Assembly (NCBI GenBank): GCA_963707125.1
Contig: CAVPOU010000013.1
Location: 128,007-192,006, forward strand
Length of the DNA: 64,000 nt
Source of the DNA: an uncultured delta proteobacterium
GTDB taxonomy: Bacteria; Desulfobacterota; DSM-4660; Desulfatiglandales; HGW-15
Reading direction: 5' to 3'
Positions 1 through 9,810 of the stretch are shown in pieces. Position 1 is the first letter of the stretch; every line of letters begins with the position of its first letter. Under the pieces are notes generated by a model. The model saw only the letters and a list, made by a program, of their open reading frames with translations, searched no databases and had not been told where the DNA came from. A program made the translations under genes and the position numbers.

Positions 1-23
1 TATCGGACTTCGCCAAGAAGAGG

Positions 24-656
24 ATGACGACTCTCAGAAGGCCTTCCTCCACGAGGCCGGCTCTGTACCGGATCGAAGAAGGTCATGCCCGAGCGGTTGT
101 CAAGGATTACAGCGTTAACCGCTGGGTGTTCAGGAATCTTGTCGGCCGCTTTTTGATCTGGAGAGAAAAGAAAGCTTACCGAAGACTCAAGGGGCTGAAT
201 GGAGTTCCTGCCCTTTACGGCGTCGTCGGAGGCCTTGCGCTGGTCCTTGAGGAAATCCACGGCAGAAGCATGGAAGGACTTGAAAAGAAGGAAAGTCTCC
301 CTGCCACGTTCTTTGAGAACTTGCGCGATCTGGTGGAGGCCTTCCACCGAAGAGGCCTGTGTCACTGCGACCTCAAGAGAGCGGCCAATGTCCTGGTTGG
401 AGACGATGGAAGACCCTACATCATCGACTGGTCGGCCGCCATTTTGGAAAAGGAGTTCAAATTTTTCCCCGCCCGCCTGATCTACAAGAGATTTCTGCTC
501 GATGACCGGTATGCGGTTATCAAGTTCCAGCTCAGGCACTGCCCTGAGGCCATCCACCCTGAAGACCTGCGCCGTTATCAGGACCGAAGCCCCGTGGAAA
601 GAGCGGTCAGAAAGCTGCGAGACCGGGCAAGGCGTTTCCTGCAAAAAGTGGCGTGA
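24..656 (+). CDS. Small protein-kinase-like protein (RIO / Kdo-LPS-kinase type)
   Basis: 210-aa ORF. Catalytic-loop-like HCDLKRAANVLV (HxDLKxxN), then IIDWS at the DFG-equivalent position, and an upstream AVVKDY lysine. No TM segment. Confidence 0.5.
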   Translation: MTTLRRPSSTRPALYRIEEGHARAVVKDYSVNRWVFRNLVGRFLIWREKKAYRRLKGLNGVPALYGVVGGLALVLEEIHGRSMEGLEKKESLPATFFENLRDLVEAFHRRGLCHCDLKRAANVLVGDDGRPYIIDWSAAILEKEFKFFPARLIYKRFLLDDRYAVIKFQLRHCPEAIHPEDLRRYQDRSPVERAVRKLRDRARRFLQKVA

Positions 657-860
657 TCCCACAGCCTCAATAGAGGCGGTTCAGTGGCCGGTATCCAGGG
701 TCACCAGAAACACGTCGATGATGTTGAGCCTCATGTCCGTGTCCTGCAGGCCGTCAGGCTCGATGAGGGCTCGGAAGTTCTCTTTTTCAAAATGGCTTGT
801 CACCCATGTTCTCCGACTTGAGGCAAACACACTTCCCGCAATCAAAACGAGTAGGGCTTC

Positions 861-1742
861 TCAAGGATGAGGGTTTTCCTGGAGAAATCCCAGGTAACCC
901 TTGATCGAATTTCCAATGAAGAACTTTTCTCTGTCTTGATCCGCAGAAAACATGGCTTCAAAAGCCTTGAGCTCAGGGTCTTCGGCTAGGAGTCTCGCCA
1001 TGCCTCTTTCCATGAGACGGTGATCGCCTTTTGTGATTTCTTCGCGGAGGACCGTTTCCCATAAAAGGAGTTGAGCCCGTTCTCTTTTCAGCATGCGGTG
1101 AGAACTGTTCGCTTTACCAAAATGCGCATAGCAAATGGGCAGATCCTTCGCGGTCAGGAGACGATCAATGCTTCCAAGAAATTCCTTCAGAAAAAAAACA
1201 GGGGGTGTCGCAGGGCGCAAATACTCCCAGTCCTTAACTGCGAGATAGATACCGCCCGCCTCGCCGGCAAAGAGATTTTCCTGGATGATGAAGCTGAGAT
1301 GGTGAGGTGCGTGGCCGGGGGTCTCGATGATGTCGATGCCTTCCACCCGGGCCTCTGTGTGGGGTATGAGGCGTTCCTTCTTTACCGGCCTTATCGGGCC
1401 ATAGGCCTCTGCAAGATCCCCCAGGGTTTTCTGGCTTCCTAGCCAGAGCTTCGAAGGGTCGACAAGATGAGAAATCGCTTTGCTGTGACAAACGGCGCGG
1501 GCCATGGGGAAGTGATCAAGAAATTCCGCCAATCCTCCTGCGTGATCCATGTGGATATGGGTGAGGAGAACAAAATCCACCTCGCGAATCCCCAAGACTG
1601 AGAGAGATTCGATGAGTTTTGTCACTGACCTGGAAGGCCCGACATCAATGACTACGGTCTTGTCGTAGGGACACAACCACGATCCGATGAACCGATCAAA
1701 TCCCGGCCTGTCCTGCCTGAGTTCGATTAAAAGGGGATGCAT
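861..1742 (-). CDS. MBL-fold metallo-hydrolase
   Basis: 293-aa ORF with the HxHxDH metal motif (LLTHIHMDHAGG) and later TPGHAPHH. Confidence 0.75.
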   Translation of the reverse strand: MHPLLIELRQDRPGFDRFIGSWLCPYDKTVVIDVGPSRSVTKLIESLSVLGIREVDFVLLTHIHMDHAGGLAEFLDHFPMARAVCHSKAISHLVDPSKLWLGSQKTLGDLAEAYGPIRPVKKERLIPHTEARVEGIDIIETPGHAPHHLSFIIQENLFAGEAGGIYLAVKDWEYLRPATPPVFFLKEFLGSIDRLLTAKDLPICYAHFGKANSSHRMLKRERAQLLLWETVLREEITKGDHRLMERGMARLLAEDPELKAFEAMFSADQDREKFFIGNSIKGYLGFLQENPHP

Positions 1743-1748
1743 AGGGCT

Positions 1749-2372
1749 TTACCTCACCAGATGTTGAACCGTCGTCCGGATCACTTGAGCGGACACCTCA
1801 GCCATCGCTTCACTCATGGCTTCAGAAAGACTGGTGAGGTTTCTCTTCTTGCACGGTTTGACCGCATGAAAGGTTTTCTGAAAGATAATCCTCTTGCTCA
1901 CGTCGGGTTCGGGATGAGCCAGAAGAACAGTGCTCACGGTCAACACGGCTTTCCAACCTTCCTCTGAGTCCCATTCGAAGAATTCGTCGACAGATCCTTC
2001 CATGATAAGGGACGGCTCGACCCTGCTCTCATAGGGAGCCACCGCTTTGAACAGGCCGAGGTGCTTGAAGTCTCTTGAGAGGTAATAGGTGACCAGATCG
2101 CCGGGACTGGCACGCCACTTCTCGTACGGGTAAGCTTCTCGCTTGAAGGACCGATCCCGGTAGATGATCTGATGGGTGTTGTACATGGGTGAAACGCTGA
2201 AGCGTTCTATCCTCAGGACAAAAGGGAGTGCCGTGATCCCTTGAACCTGAGGCGGCTCATATTCCAGGGTGTAATAATCGATCTTTTGGCCGGGCTGTTT
2301 GAGGCTTGAACACGCGCAACAGGAAAGGAGAACCAGGAAGATGAGCGATCTTTTTGTCCAAGGCATGGTCAA
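1749..2372 (-). CDS. Lipoprotein, probable auxiliary component of the adjacent MCE/ABC transporter (DUF330-like)
   Basis: Signal peptide plus lipobox (LLSCCACSS). About 200 aa and immediately downstream of the MCE gene in the same operon. Family call rests on size, context and remembered sequence pattern. Confidence 0.5.
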   Translation of the reverse strand: MTMPWTKRSLIFLVLLSCCACSSLKQPGQKIDYYTLEYEPPQVQGITALPFVLRIERFSVSPMYNTHQIIYRDRSFKREAYPYEKWRASPGDLVTYYLSRDFKHLGLFKAVAPYESRVEPSLIMEGSVDEFFEWDSEEGWKAVLTVSTVLLAHPEPDVSKRIIFQKTFHAVKPCKKRNLTSLSEAMSEAMAEVSAQVIRTTVQHLVR

Positions 2373-2381
2373 TCTCCTTTG

Positions 2382-3368
2382 CTAGAATTCGGGGTCCATG
2401 TCACGGCGAGGCCGAGGCTCTCCTAAAATGAGCTGGGAGGGCTGATCTGCAAGAACCTCCAGGAACCGGTTGAGGTTTTCGCTGGCCCTTTCAAGATTCT
2501 GCGCTGACACCAGAAGGTTTTGTCTCAGGTGGGAAAAGGCTTCATCCGTTCCTGTGGCTAAAGAAGCGGTCTTCTCAATGACTTTGTTGACGTTTTCCAA
2601 AGCCTCCCGGATGGTCTGCTCGTTGTCGGCGATGATCCCGCGGGCCTGGGCAAAAGCGTTTTCCGCGTGAGTCAAGGTGGCATTCCCCTTCACGAAGAAC
2701 TCATTGGCTGCCTGAATCGTTTCCTGGGTGGAGGCCAGCATCTTGTCCCACTGAGGACCATTCAGAATTCGATTGAGTTGATCGAGAGAGCTCTCGGCCT
2801 TTCTGGAGATTCCCTTGACATTGGCCTCCTGAACCGTTGTCTCAATCGTATCCAGGCTGGACTTTATTTTCGCGGAGATGCCTTCCAAATCAACGGCTTT
2901 GATATTTTTCAGGATATCGTCAATCCCTCGCAGGATCTCACCGAGTTCAGAAGGCTTGGAAGCGACAATGGGGTATTCGGAAGGAAAGCTTAGCGGCGGG
3001 GAACGGTCCGGCTCGTCCTTCAGTTTTTGGTCGAGCTCCACGAAGACGCTTCCGGTGATGCCGACGGACTTCAGCTGTGCGATGAGGTTCGTGTCCAGGA
3101 CCATCCCTGTTTCGATCTTCAGAACCACCTTAACCAGCTTGGAGTCCGGAGCCACGATAATGCTGTGGACGCGGCCCACTGAAACGCCCCTGTATTTGAC
3201 CGGGGAATCCTTGTCCAGGCCTTGTACGGATTCGTTGAAGTAGGTCACATAGTACCGGCCTTTTTCGAAATATCGAGACATCCCGAGCCAGATGAAAGCC
3301 AGAAGGGCGATCCCTATTCCGCAAACAAGAAACAGGCCTACAATGAACTTGGTTTTCTGTGAAGCCAT
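2382..3368 (-). CDS. MlaD/MCE-family substrate-binding protein
   Basis: N-terminal TM (FIVGLFLVCGIGIALLAFIWLG), MCE core (YVTYFNESVQGLDKDSPVKYRGVSVGRVHSI) and a long helical C-terminal region. Confidence 0.8.
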   Translation of the reverse strand: MASQKTKFIVGLFLVCGIGIALLAFIWLGMSRYFEKGRYYVTYFNESVQGLDKDSPVKYRGVSVGRVHSIIVAPDSKLVKVVLKIETGMVLDTNLIAQLKSVGITGSVFVELDQKLKDEPDRSPPLSFPSEYPIVASKPSELGEILRGIDDILKNIKAVDLEGISAKIKSSLDTIETTVQEANVKGISRKAESSLDQLNRILNGPQWDKMLASTQETIQAANEFFVKGNATLTHAENAFAQARGIIADNEQTIREALENVNKVIEKTASLATGTDEAFSHLRQNLLVSAQNLERASENLNRFLEVLADQPSQLILGEPRPRRDMDPEF

Positions 3369-3382
3369 GGAAAAATGCCCCT

Positions 3383-4156
3383 TTACGCCGGGATCGCACT
3401 CTCCTCGGGCTGGCGGTTGAAAAACCGCCAGACCAGAGGGTTCCGGCTGGTCTCACGAAGGTGTCTGGGGTCCCCTTCCGCGATGATTCCCTTTGTTCCT
3501 TTGTCGAGCATGATCACTCTCTGAGCGACCGCGAGAATGCTTTGGAGTTCATGGGTGACGATGACCATGGTGGTCCCCAGGCTTTTGTTCAAGTGCAAGA
3601 TGAGATTGTCCAGTCCTGCCGAAGTGACAGGATCAAGTCCTGCGGAGGGCTCGTCAAAAAAAAGGATCTTCGGATTGAGAGCCATGGCTCTGGCAAGTCC
3701 TGCACGCTTTTTCATCCCACCGCTGATTTCGGATGGGAGGTAGTCTTCATACCCCTGCAACTGGACCAGGTGCAACTTCATACGAACGAGGGAAGACACG
3801 AGGTCCGAGGACAGATCGGTGTATTCCATAATGGGCAGAGCGATGTTCTCTGCGAGAGTCATGGAACCCAGGAGGGCACCGCTCTGATAAAGGATGCCGA
3901 TCTTTTGCAAGAGCTTCTGATATCCTTGAGAGTCTGCACGGGAGAGGTCGTCGCCGTCGATGGTGACCTGACCTGAATAAGGCCGGATGAGCCCGATGAG
4001 ATGCTTGAGGAGCGTGCTCTTGCCGCACCCGCTCCCCCCGAGGATGACGAATATCTCTCCCTCGAAAACATCAAAGGAGATGCCTTCGAGGATGGTTTCG
4101 TCCCCGTACCGGGCCACAAGGTCTCTCACTCGAATGATGGGTTGTCTGTTCATCAT
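3383..4156 (-). CDS. ABC transporter ATP-binding protein (MlaF-like)
   Basis: Walker A GGSGCGKST, ABC signature ISGGMKKR, Walker B ILFFDEPSAGLD. Confidence 0.9.
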   Translation of the reverse strand: MMNRQPIIRVRDLVARYGDETILEGISFDVFEGEIFVILGGSGCGKSTLLKHLIGLIRPYSGQVTIDGDDLSRADSQGYQKLLQKIGILYQSGALLGSMTLAENIALPIMEYTDLSSDLVSSLVRMKLHLVQLQGYEDYLPSEISGGMKKRAGLARAMALNPKILFFDEPSAGLDPVTSAGLDNLILHLNKSLGTTMVIVTHELQSILAVAQRVIMLDKGTKGIIAEGDPRHLRETSRNPLVWRFFNRQPEESAIPA

Positions 4157-4160
4157 TAAC

Positions 4161-4212
4161 CGTTCACCGTTGTCCGTTCACCGTTGATCGTTCACCGTTA
4201 TCCGTTCACCGT
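4161..4212. repeat. Four head-to-tail copies of a 14-bp unit (CGTTCACCGT + 4 nt)
   Basis: CGTTCACCGT occurs at 4161, 4175, 4189 and 4203 (period 14). It lies in the 146-bp spacer between the permease stop (4303) and the ATPase start (4156). Confidence 0.9.
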
Positions 4213-4302
4213 GCTCCGATTAGTGTTCCCTGCTTACTGGTTTTACTCCCGTCTTCTGTCTTCTCCCACTGATCACTGCTCACGGTTCACTGATTACTGA
4301 TT

Positions 4303-5448
4303 CTAGCCCCAGTATCGAAGGATCACGGAGAAAAGAGAGTCCGTCAGGACGATGAGAAAAATGCTGCTCACCACCGCAGAGGTCGTGGCTTCTCCAACAC
4401 CTGCTGCGCCGCCTCGCACTCGAAAGCCGCGGAAACATCCGATCCAGGAAATCAAGAAGGCGAACACAGCGCTTTTCAGGACCCCCCAGAAGACGTCAAA
4501 AAGAGTGAGGGTCGCAAAAGTCTGAGCAACGTAAGCATTGGCCGTCAGATCGAGCATCATAACGCCCACGACCAGGCCGCCCAGAATGGCAAAAAGATCG
4601 GAAAACAGGGTCAAAAGAGGGACCACGACGAGGGAGGCGATGACCTTGGGAATGACCAGAAATCGGGTCGGGTCAAATCCCATGGTGAAAAGAGCGTCAA
4701 TTTCTTCCGAGATTCTCATGGTACCGATTTCGGCGGCAAAAGCGGAACCGGACCTGCCCGCGATAATAATGGCCGTCATGATAGGTCCCAACTCCCGGGT
4801 CATGGCGAGGCTGACGAGGGAAGCTACGTAAATATCCGCCCCGAACTGCCGGAGCTGGACCGAAGACATGAAAGCCATGATCAATCCAAGCAGAAAACTG
4901 ATCAGACCGACAATGGGCAGGGCATCAACGCCTGTCCTCTGCATGGCGAGCACCGTATCTTCTTTTCGCAAAGACCCGGGATGAAGGCAGACATAGAGAA
5001 GGCCAAGGAAAACGGATCCCGTGAAGGAGGTCAGGTAGCGCAAGTCATTGATGTGACGAAGGGTCGCGTCCCCTAGACGGATAAAGATGTTGGGGACCAG
5101 CTTCTTGGCTAGGGGGACTCTATCCGTCAGGTCATCGAAGTGGAGAAGGGAAAGAATTTCCCTCACCCTGTCGGTGACATGGATGAGAGAGAAAGAGCCG
5201 CTTTGAGCCGTCATCATATGCCTCAACTGAATCAACACGAGCACACCGAAGTCGTCCACATAAGTCACTTCAGAGAGGTCTATGGTGAGAGAGATTGGGG
5301 CCTTGGTGTGAATGAGAGGCCCCAGATCACGCAACATCGATGCAGCGCTCGCGGCATCCATCCTGCCCGTAAGGTGAAGGATCAATCCTCCTTCCCGGTC
5401 GTCTGAAGTCTCGTAACCCCATGATTCTTGGCCCTTTGAACTGTGCAT
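4303..5448 (-). CDS. MlaE-family ABC permease with N-terminal STAS-like domain
   Basis: N-terminal ~110 aa resembles STAS / anti-sigma antagonist (LTIDLSEVTYVDDFGVLVLIQL). The C-terminal multi-TM part carries the MlaE-type core (GPIMTAIIIAGRSGSAFAAEIGTMRISEEIDAL). Confidence 0.8.
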   Translation of the reverse strand: MHSSKGQESWGYETSDDREGGLILHLTGRMDAASAASMLRDLGPLIHTKAPISLTIDLSEVTYVDDFGVLVLIQLRHMMTAQSGSFSLIHVTDRVREILSLLHFDDLTDRVPLAKKLVPNIFIRLGDATLRHINDLRYLTSFTGSVFLGLLYVCLHPGSLRKEDTVLAMQRTGVDALPIVGLISFLLGLIMAFMSSVQLRQFGADIYVASLVSLAMTRELGPIMTAIIIAGRSGSAFAAEIGTMRISEEIDALFTMGFDPTRFLVIPKVIASLVVVPLLTLFSDLFAILGGLVVGVMMLDLTANAYVAQTFATLTLFDVFWGVLKSAVFAFLISWIGCFRGFRVRGGAAGVGEATTSAVVSSIFLIVLTDSLFSVILRYWG

Positions 5449-5452
5449 GGTG

Positions 5453-6754
5453 CTAGGATTGAAGGTTTCTCAACTCTTCCTCATCAACTTCATAGTTGGT
5501 TTTCATGCAATCCATATCCATTTGAAAGAGTAACCATCCAATGTTCCGTTCATTCTCTTTCAGGTCAAAGGCGATCTCTATTCCCTTTCGGCCCATGGGG
5601 TTCTCTTTGTCTGCACGGTACAGGACCAGGACCCGGTACAGGGATTTTTCAGAGCCCTGGAATTCGATCCCTGTGTAAGGAGTGCCAATGATGGCTTGAG
5701 CATTGAAACCGGGTTTTATGGAATAAGCGTCAAACACTTTCCTTTGCCGGTCCAGCAAGAGGAGTCCGGTGTAGGGACACTGCTTGGTCACCTGGAGGGT
5801 GAAGAACTCCTTCAGCACCTGCGTCGTTTTGGCCCGATCCCCTCGCGCCAAAGGCTCCGTCAATAGGGCTTTCAGCAGGAGGTAATCTTTGGCCAGAAGG
5901 TTCCTGAGCTCCAGTTTCCTGTGGTCCATGGTTTGAACACCCTTCGAGAAGTAAGGGTACCCAAAGAGGATCGCCGTGCCCAGGAGAACAAGAAGGATCA
6001 CGGAAGGGATGAGCCAGTAACGCGCCCTGCGATACCTGCGCTCAAGCCGGTGTGCGGCCGTGACATCGCGGCCCAGCCACAGAAGACTCTGGATATTGTC
6101 CTGGCTGTCGTGGAGAAGTGTGGTGCTTGTCGAGACGTAACGGGTCCCTTTTTCAGGGTGTCTGATCTTAAGAACCCTCTCAGGAACCGACGTTTTGGTT
6201 TGTATTTCCGCCAAAAGCTCTCGATAGACCTGAGGTTCTTCGTAGATGTCTTCGGCAGAGGTTCCACGCATATGGTGCCAGTTTCTGCCGTAGAGTTTTT
6301 CGGCGGCTGCGTTCCACGCGACAACTCTGCCGCTGCTGTCCGTAAGCATGACGGCGTCCGGCAGTTTGTCACAGATTAGTCTCAGCCCATACACCGCCTG
6401 GCTCGATTCATCGAGCCGGCGCGCTATGATCTCCGTGATCTTCTGGCCAACCGCGGGGAAGTCCTTGAGGAAGGTCGAAACTTCATTTTTGGGAATACGA
6501 AGAACCCTGACTTCATTTTCAGCCTGAACCGTTGCCGTTCTTTTTGCTCCCAGAAGGAAGGAGAGCTCCCCGAACAGGGCGCCCGGCTCGGTGATTTCTG
6601 CGATCTTCTTGTCTCCTTTAAGCACTTCAAGGTGGCCGGAGACCAAGAAGTAGAGGTCCTGGGATTCATCCCCTTCCAGGAAAAGGGTGTCTCCCTTTTG
6701 ATAGGTTTTGAGGTACCTCTCAAGATCCTTGTTGTGGATGATCTCATCGAGCAT
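5453..6754 (-). CDS. Membrane sensor protein: cNMP-binding domain, PAS domain, TM segment, C-terminal extracytoplasmic-like domain
   Basis: cNMP-binding signature (GDTLFLEGDESQDLYFLVSGHLEV...FGELSFLLGAKRTATV), PAS-like DAVMLTDSSGRVVAWNAAAEKLYG and TM YWLIPSVILLVLLGTAILFG. Start placed at the ATG at 6754 (MLDEII...); the ORF opens at 6823. Confidence 0.65.
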   Translation of the reverse strand: MLDEIIHNKDLERYLKTYQKGDTLFLEGDESQDLYFLVSGHLEVLKGDKKIAEITEPGALFGELSFLLGAKRTATVQAENEVRVLRIPKNEVSTFLKDFPAVGQKITEIIARRLDESSQAVYGLRLICDKLPDAVMLTDSSGRVVAWNAAAEKLYGRNWHHMRGTSAEDIYEEPQVYRELLAEIQTKTSVPERVLKIRHPEKGTRYVSTSTTLLHDSQDNIQSLLWLGRDVTAAHRLERRYRRARYWLIPSVILLVLLGTAILFGYPYFSKGVQTMDHRKLELRNLLAKDYLLLKALLTEPLARGDRAKTTQVLKEFFTLQVTKQCPYTGLLLLDRQRKVFDAYSIKPGFNAQAIIGTPYTGIEFQGSEKSLYRVLVLYRADKENPMGRKGIEIAFDLKENERNIGWLLFQMDMDCMKTNYEVDEEELRNLQS

Positions 6755-6970
6755 GGCCGAATCCCTTTTCAGGTTAGAGGGAAAGCAACGCAATGATAAA
6801 TAATAAGTATAGGAAAAGCGCACCGATTCGTCAAGCTGAAGGATCCGCCATTTTTCGGTAAGTGATCAGATGGAGTTCTACAAAAGTCTTTAACATCATC
6901 GTCGGACTATGGTACAGCCAGAGCATAGAGCATAGAGCAGAACGCATCAGGGGCAAAGAGGGGAGAGTTG

Positions 6971-8383
6971 ATGGCAGCGTTGATTGATATGGATGCCATA
7001 GAGCTTGTGAGCTTAATTCGAGCGGGAAAGCTCTCGCCTCTCGAAGCGATGGAGGCAACCCTTAAAAGAATCGACGCGGTGAACCCCCTGGTCAATGCGT
7101 TTGTCTCTCTTCGCAGAGAAGAGGCGATCAAAGAGGCGAAGGAAATGACCGAATCGTTGGCTTCAGGGGCGGATCCGGGCCCCTTGGCGGGCGTTCCTAT
7201 CGGCGTCAAAGACCTTGAAGATGTTAAAGGAATGGTGACCAGCTTCGGATCGATTCCCTATAGAAACAATGTGGCCCAGCACGACTCCGTTCAAGTGGCC
7301 AAGCTGAAGGCTGCAGGGGCTATCGTGGTCGGAAAGACCAACACTCCTGAATTCGGGTTCACCGGCTTCACCAAGAACAGGCTCTATGGAATAACCAGAA
7401 ATCCATGGAACCCGGATCGGACGCCCGGAGGATCGAGCGGCGGTTCAGCTGCCGCTGTTGCCGGGAGAATGGTTCCTGTGGCGACCGGTTCCGATGCAGG
7501 AGGTTCGATTCGCATTCCCGCTTCCTATTCCGGATGCGTTGGCTTGAAAACGTCTTTTGGGAGAGTCCCGCTGGGTCCTTCCCCCTTTCTGCAAATGTAT
7601 CACGTGTGGACCCAGGGCCCCCTGACCCGAACGGTTCGTGACGCTGCTCTGTATCTTGATTGCGTTTCGGGCTATCACCCTTCAGACCCTGATTCTCTCC
7701 CTTCTCCCTCCGGCTCATTTCTCAAAGCTTTGGACCAGTCCCCAAAAGATCTTCGCATCGCATTCAGCCCGACCCTGAGCTATGCAAGAGTGCAAAAGGA
7801 TGTCATGGAAAGGGTTGAGGAGGGCGTCAGGTGCTTTGAGGACATGGGGCACAGGGTTGAACTGTGGAAAGGGGAGTTCCCGGACGTAGGAGATACCTGG
7901 TCCTTTCTCATGAATGCCGAACTCTACGGGATCCTGCACCAGAGGCTGGATCGAGATCGCAAGGACATGGGAAAGACTCTTGTCCAGTCCCTGGATCTTG
8001 CGAAAGGGGTTGCCATGAGAGAGCAGATCGAGGCTCAGAAAATAAGGACGACAGTGAACCGCATCCTCTGGGAGTTTTTTGAAAGCTTTGATCTGCTGCT
8101 GACTCCCACCATGCCTACGGAAGCTTTCTCTGCCGGAGGTCCGCCGCCGTCAGAGGTGGATGGCCACCCCATCCCGCTCCTTGGAGCGGTAGCCTTTACT
8201 TATCCTTTTAATCTATCCGGCCATCCCGCCGCTTCCGTGCCCGCGGGTCTCACAAAAAACGGGCTCCCAGCCGGGCTGCAGATCATCGGGCCGCGGCATC
8301 GGGAGGACCTCGTCCTGCAAATGGCCTATGCTTTCGAAAAGAGAAAACCCTGGAATGGTCGATGGCCGGACATGGGTTTGTGA
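6971..8383 (+). CDS. Amidase (amidase-signature family, GatA-like)
   Basis: AS-family core [12 protein letters not shown] and downstream [16 protein letters not shown] at 6971, preceded by aggggagag. Confidence 0.85.
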   Translation: MAALIDMDAIELVSLIRAGKLSPLEAMEATLKRIDAVNPLVNAFVSLRREEAIKEAKEMTESLASGADPGPLAGVPIGVKDLEDVKGMVTSFGSIPYRNNVAQHDSVQVAKLKAAGAIVVGKTNTPEFGFTGFTKNRLYGITRNPWNPDRTPGGSSGGSAAAVAGRMVPVATGSDAGGSIRIPASYSGCVGLKTSFGRVPLGPSPFLQMYHVWTQGPLTRTVRDAALYLDCVSGYHPSDPDSLPSPSGSFLKALDQSPKDLRIAFSPTLSYARVQKDVMERVEEGVRCFEDMGHRVELWKGEFPDVGDTWSFLMNAELYGILHQRLDRDRKDMGKTLVQSLDLAKGVAMREQIEAQKIRTTVNRILWEFFESFDLLLTPTMPTEAFSAGGPPPSEVDGHPIPLLGAVAFTYPFNLSGHPAASVPAGLTKNGLPAGLQIIGPRHREDLVLQMAYAFEKRKPWNGRWPDMGL

Positions 8384-8386
8384 AGT

Positions 8387-8860
8387 TTACTCGCCTTCCA
8401 CCTCCACCGCATAGATGTTCTGGGCCTGGTAAAAGAACTGACTGATCCGGTAGGTCTTGGACGGCTGAAGATCCAGGACCACTCTTAGAGTCCGGTTCTC
8501 TTGGTGGTAGAAGGTCCGTATCCTCTCAATCAGTTTACCCTCCGTGGCAATCCGGGACAGTTCCCGTTTCACGGGCAGGGTATCCTTGATGTCGATGACG
8601 AATCGAGGTTTGTCTTCTTCAATGGCGAAGGCAGAGGGAGTAAAAAGTCGGTTGCCTTGAATCCACACCGCCTCTTTGTCCGGGGTCTTGAGTTTGAAGG
8701 TAATCTCCGAGATCACAAGGCCCGGGTCCGTTTTCTTCGCGGCCTTCTGCAAATCCTTGTAGCTCTCGACTTGGATCGCGTAAGAAGCGGTCGTTTCGCC
8801 GGAGACGGGGTCGGAAAAGGCGACCAGAGCCAGAACGATGAGAAAAATAAACTTCATCAT
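8387..8860 (-). CDS. Secreted hypothetical protein (tentatively AMIN-like beta domain)
   Basis: Signal peptide MMKFIFLIVLALVAFS. C-terminal LRVVLDLQPSKTYRISQ resembles AMIN domains. ATGA overlap with the epmA stop. Weak call. Confidence 0.35.
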   Translation of the reverse strand: MMKFIFLIVLALVAFSDPVSGETTASYAIQVESYKDLQKAAKKTDPGLVISEITFKLKTPDKEAVWIQGNRLFTPSAFAIEEDKPRFVIDIKDTLPVKRELSRIATEGKLIERIRTFYHQENRTLRVVLDLQPSKTYRISQFFYQAQNIYAVEVEGE

Positions 8861-9810
8861 AATTCTTCGGGGGTGAAGGAGACCACGGGATCGATCTCCT
8901 TCTGATTGCTCAAGAGCATGACCAACCGGTCGACCCCGAAGGCAATGCCTGCCGACTCCGGCATGAAAGGAAGCGTGCGGAGGAACTTCTCAGGCATAAG
9001 GTAGACCGTTTTGCCCTGCTCTTTTCGTTTGGCCAGTTCTTTCTCGAATCTGGCCCTCTGTTCGACAGGGTCTGTCAATTCGGAAAAAGCGTTGGCCAAT
9101 TCAAGACCGGCCACATAGAGTTCAAATCTCTCGGCGAAGCCTGGAGCGTTCTTACTCAGGCGTGCAAGTGCTGCGAGGGTTGACGGATAATGGTAGAGGA
9201 AAACAGGTTTCGGGAATCCCAGATGGGGTTCGATTTCTACCCCCATGGTTTCATCAAAACGGCCGCTCGCCATGGCTTCTTCCATAGAGCTCGAAGCGTA
9301 TCGCTCAAAAGCCTCCTGAACAGTGACCCGGGGCCATGGTCTCTTCAAATCCAGGGCGTTGCCCTGAAATTCCAGGCCAGAGGCTAGGCCGAGTTCCTTC
9401 AAGACAAAAACGACCATCTCCTCACATTCATCCATAAGACCCAGGTAGTCTGTCCCTGCGCGGTACCATTCGAGCAGAGTGAACTCGGGAAGATGGCGCT
9501 GACCTCTTTCCCCTTCCCGGAAGCACTTACAGACCTGAAAGATCTTGGGATACCCGGCCGCAAGGAGCCGCTTCATGCACAATTCAGGAGACGTGTGCAG
9601 AAACACCCCGCCTCCGCGGACCGCATCGATATGAAGCTCGGGAGCCGGCGCCGGGATGAGGCAGGGGGTCTCGACTTCGAGATAGTTTTTTTCAGTGAAA
9701 AAATGCCGGATCGCCTGGATCAATCCGGCCCGCAGCCAGAGGGTCGGCCTTTTGGCGGTTAAGGTCTCCCTTTCTTGCAGAGGGGAGTGATCATTTGACC
9801 CGGGTGACAT
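8857..9810 (-). CDS. epmA: EF-P beta-lysine ligase (EpmA/PoxA/GenX; class-II LysRS paralogue)
   Basis: YLEVETPCL, EFTLLEWY, ERFELYVAGLELANAFSELTD and GIAFGVDRLVML match my recollection of E. coli EpmA. Lies directly downstream of efp. The ORF opens at 9891; the ATG at 9810 still overlaps efp by 20 nt, so the start is uncertain. Confidence 0.75.
   Translation of the reverse strand: MSPGSNDHSPLQERETLTAKRPTLWLRAGLIQAIRHFFTEKNYLEVETPCLIPAPAPELHIDAVRGGGVFLHTSPELCMKRLLAAGYPKIFQVCKCFREGERGQRHLPEFTLLEWYRAGTDYLGLMDECEEMVVFVLKELGLASGLEFQGNALDLKRPWPRVTVQEAFERYASSSMEEAMASGRFDETMGVEIEPHLGFPKPVFLYHYPSTLAALARLSKNAPGFAERFELYVAGLELANAFSELTDPVEQRARFEKELAKRKEQGKTVYLMPEKFLRTLPFMPESAGIAFGVDRLVMLLSNQKEIDPVVSFTPEEL

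Noticed and set aside
681-857. Short minus-strand ORF (55 codons or fewer) right after the MBL hydrolase stop, ending ...FRALIEPDGLQDTDMRLNIIDVFLVTLDTGH*
   Set aside because: It faintly resembles the N-terminal helix region of Fur-family regulators. However, it is far too short, has no clear start codon or SD, and I cannot verify homology, so it is not reported as a feature.
4161-4212. Possible CRISPR array; also considered for 54735-54978
   Set aside because: The 14-bp units are contiguous with no unique spacers. The 118-bp units are far too long and are self-complementary. No cas genes are present in the window.
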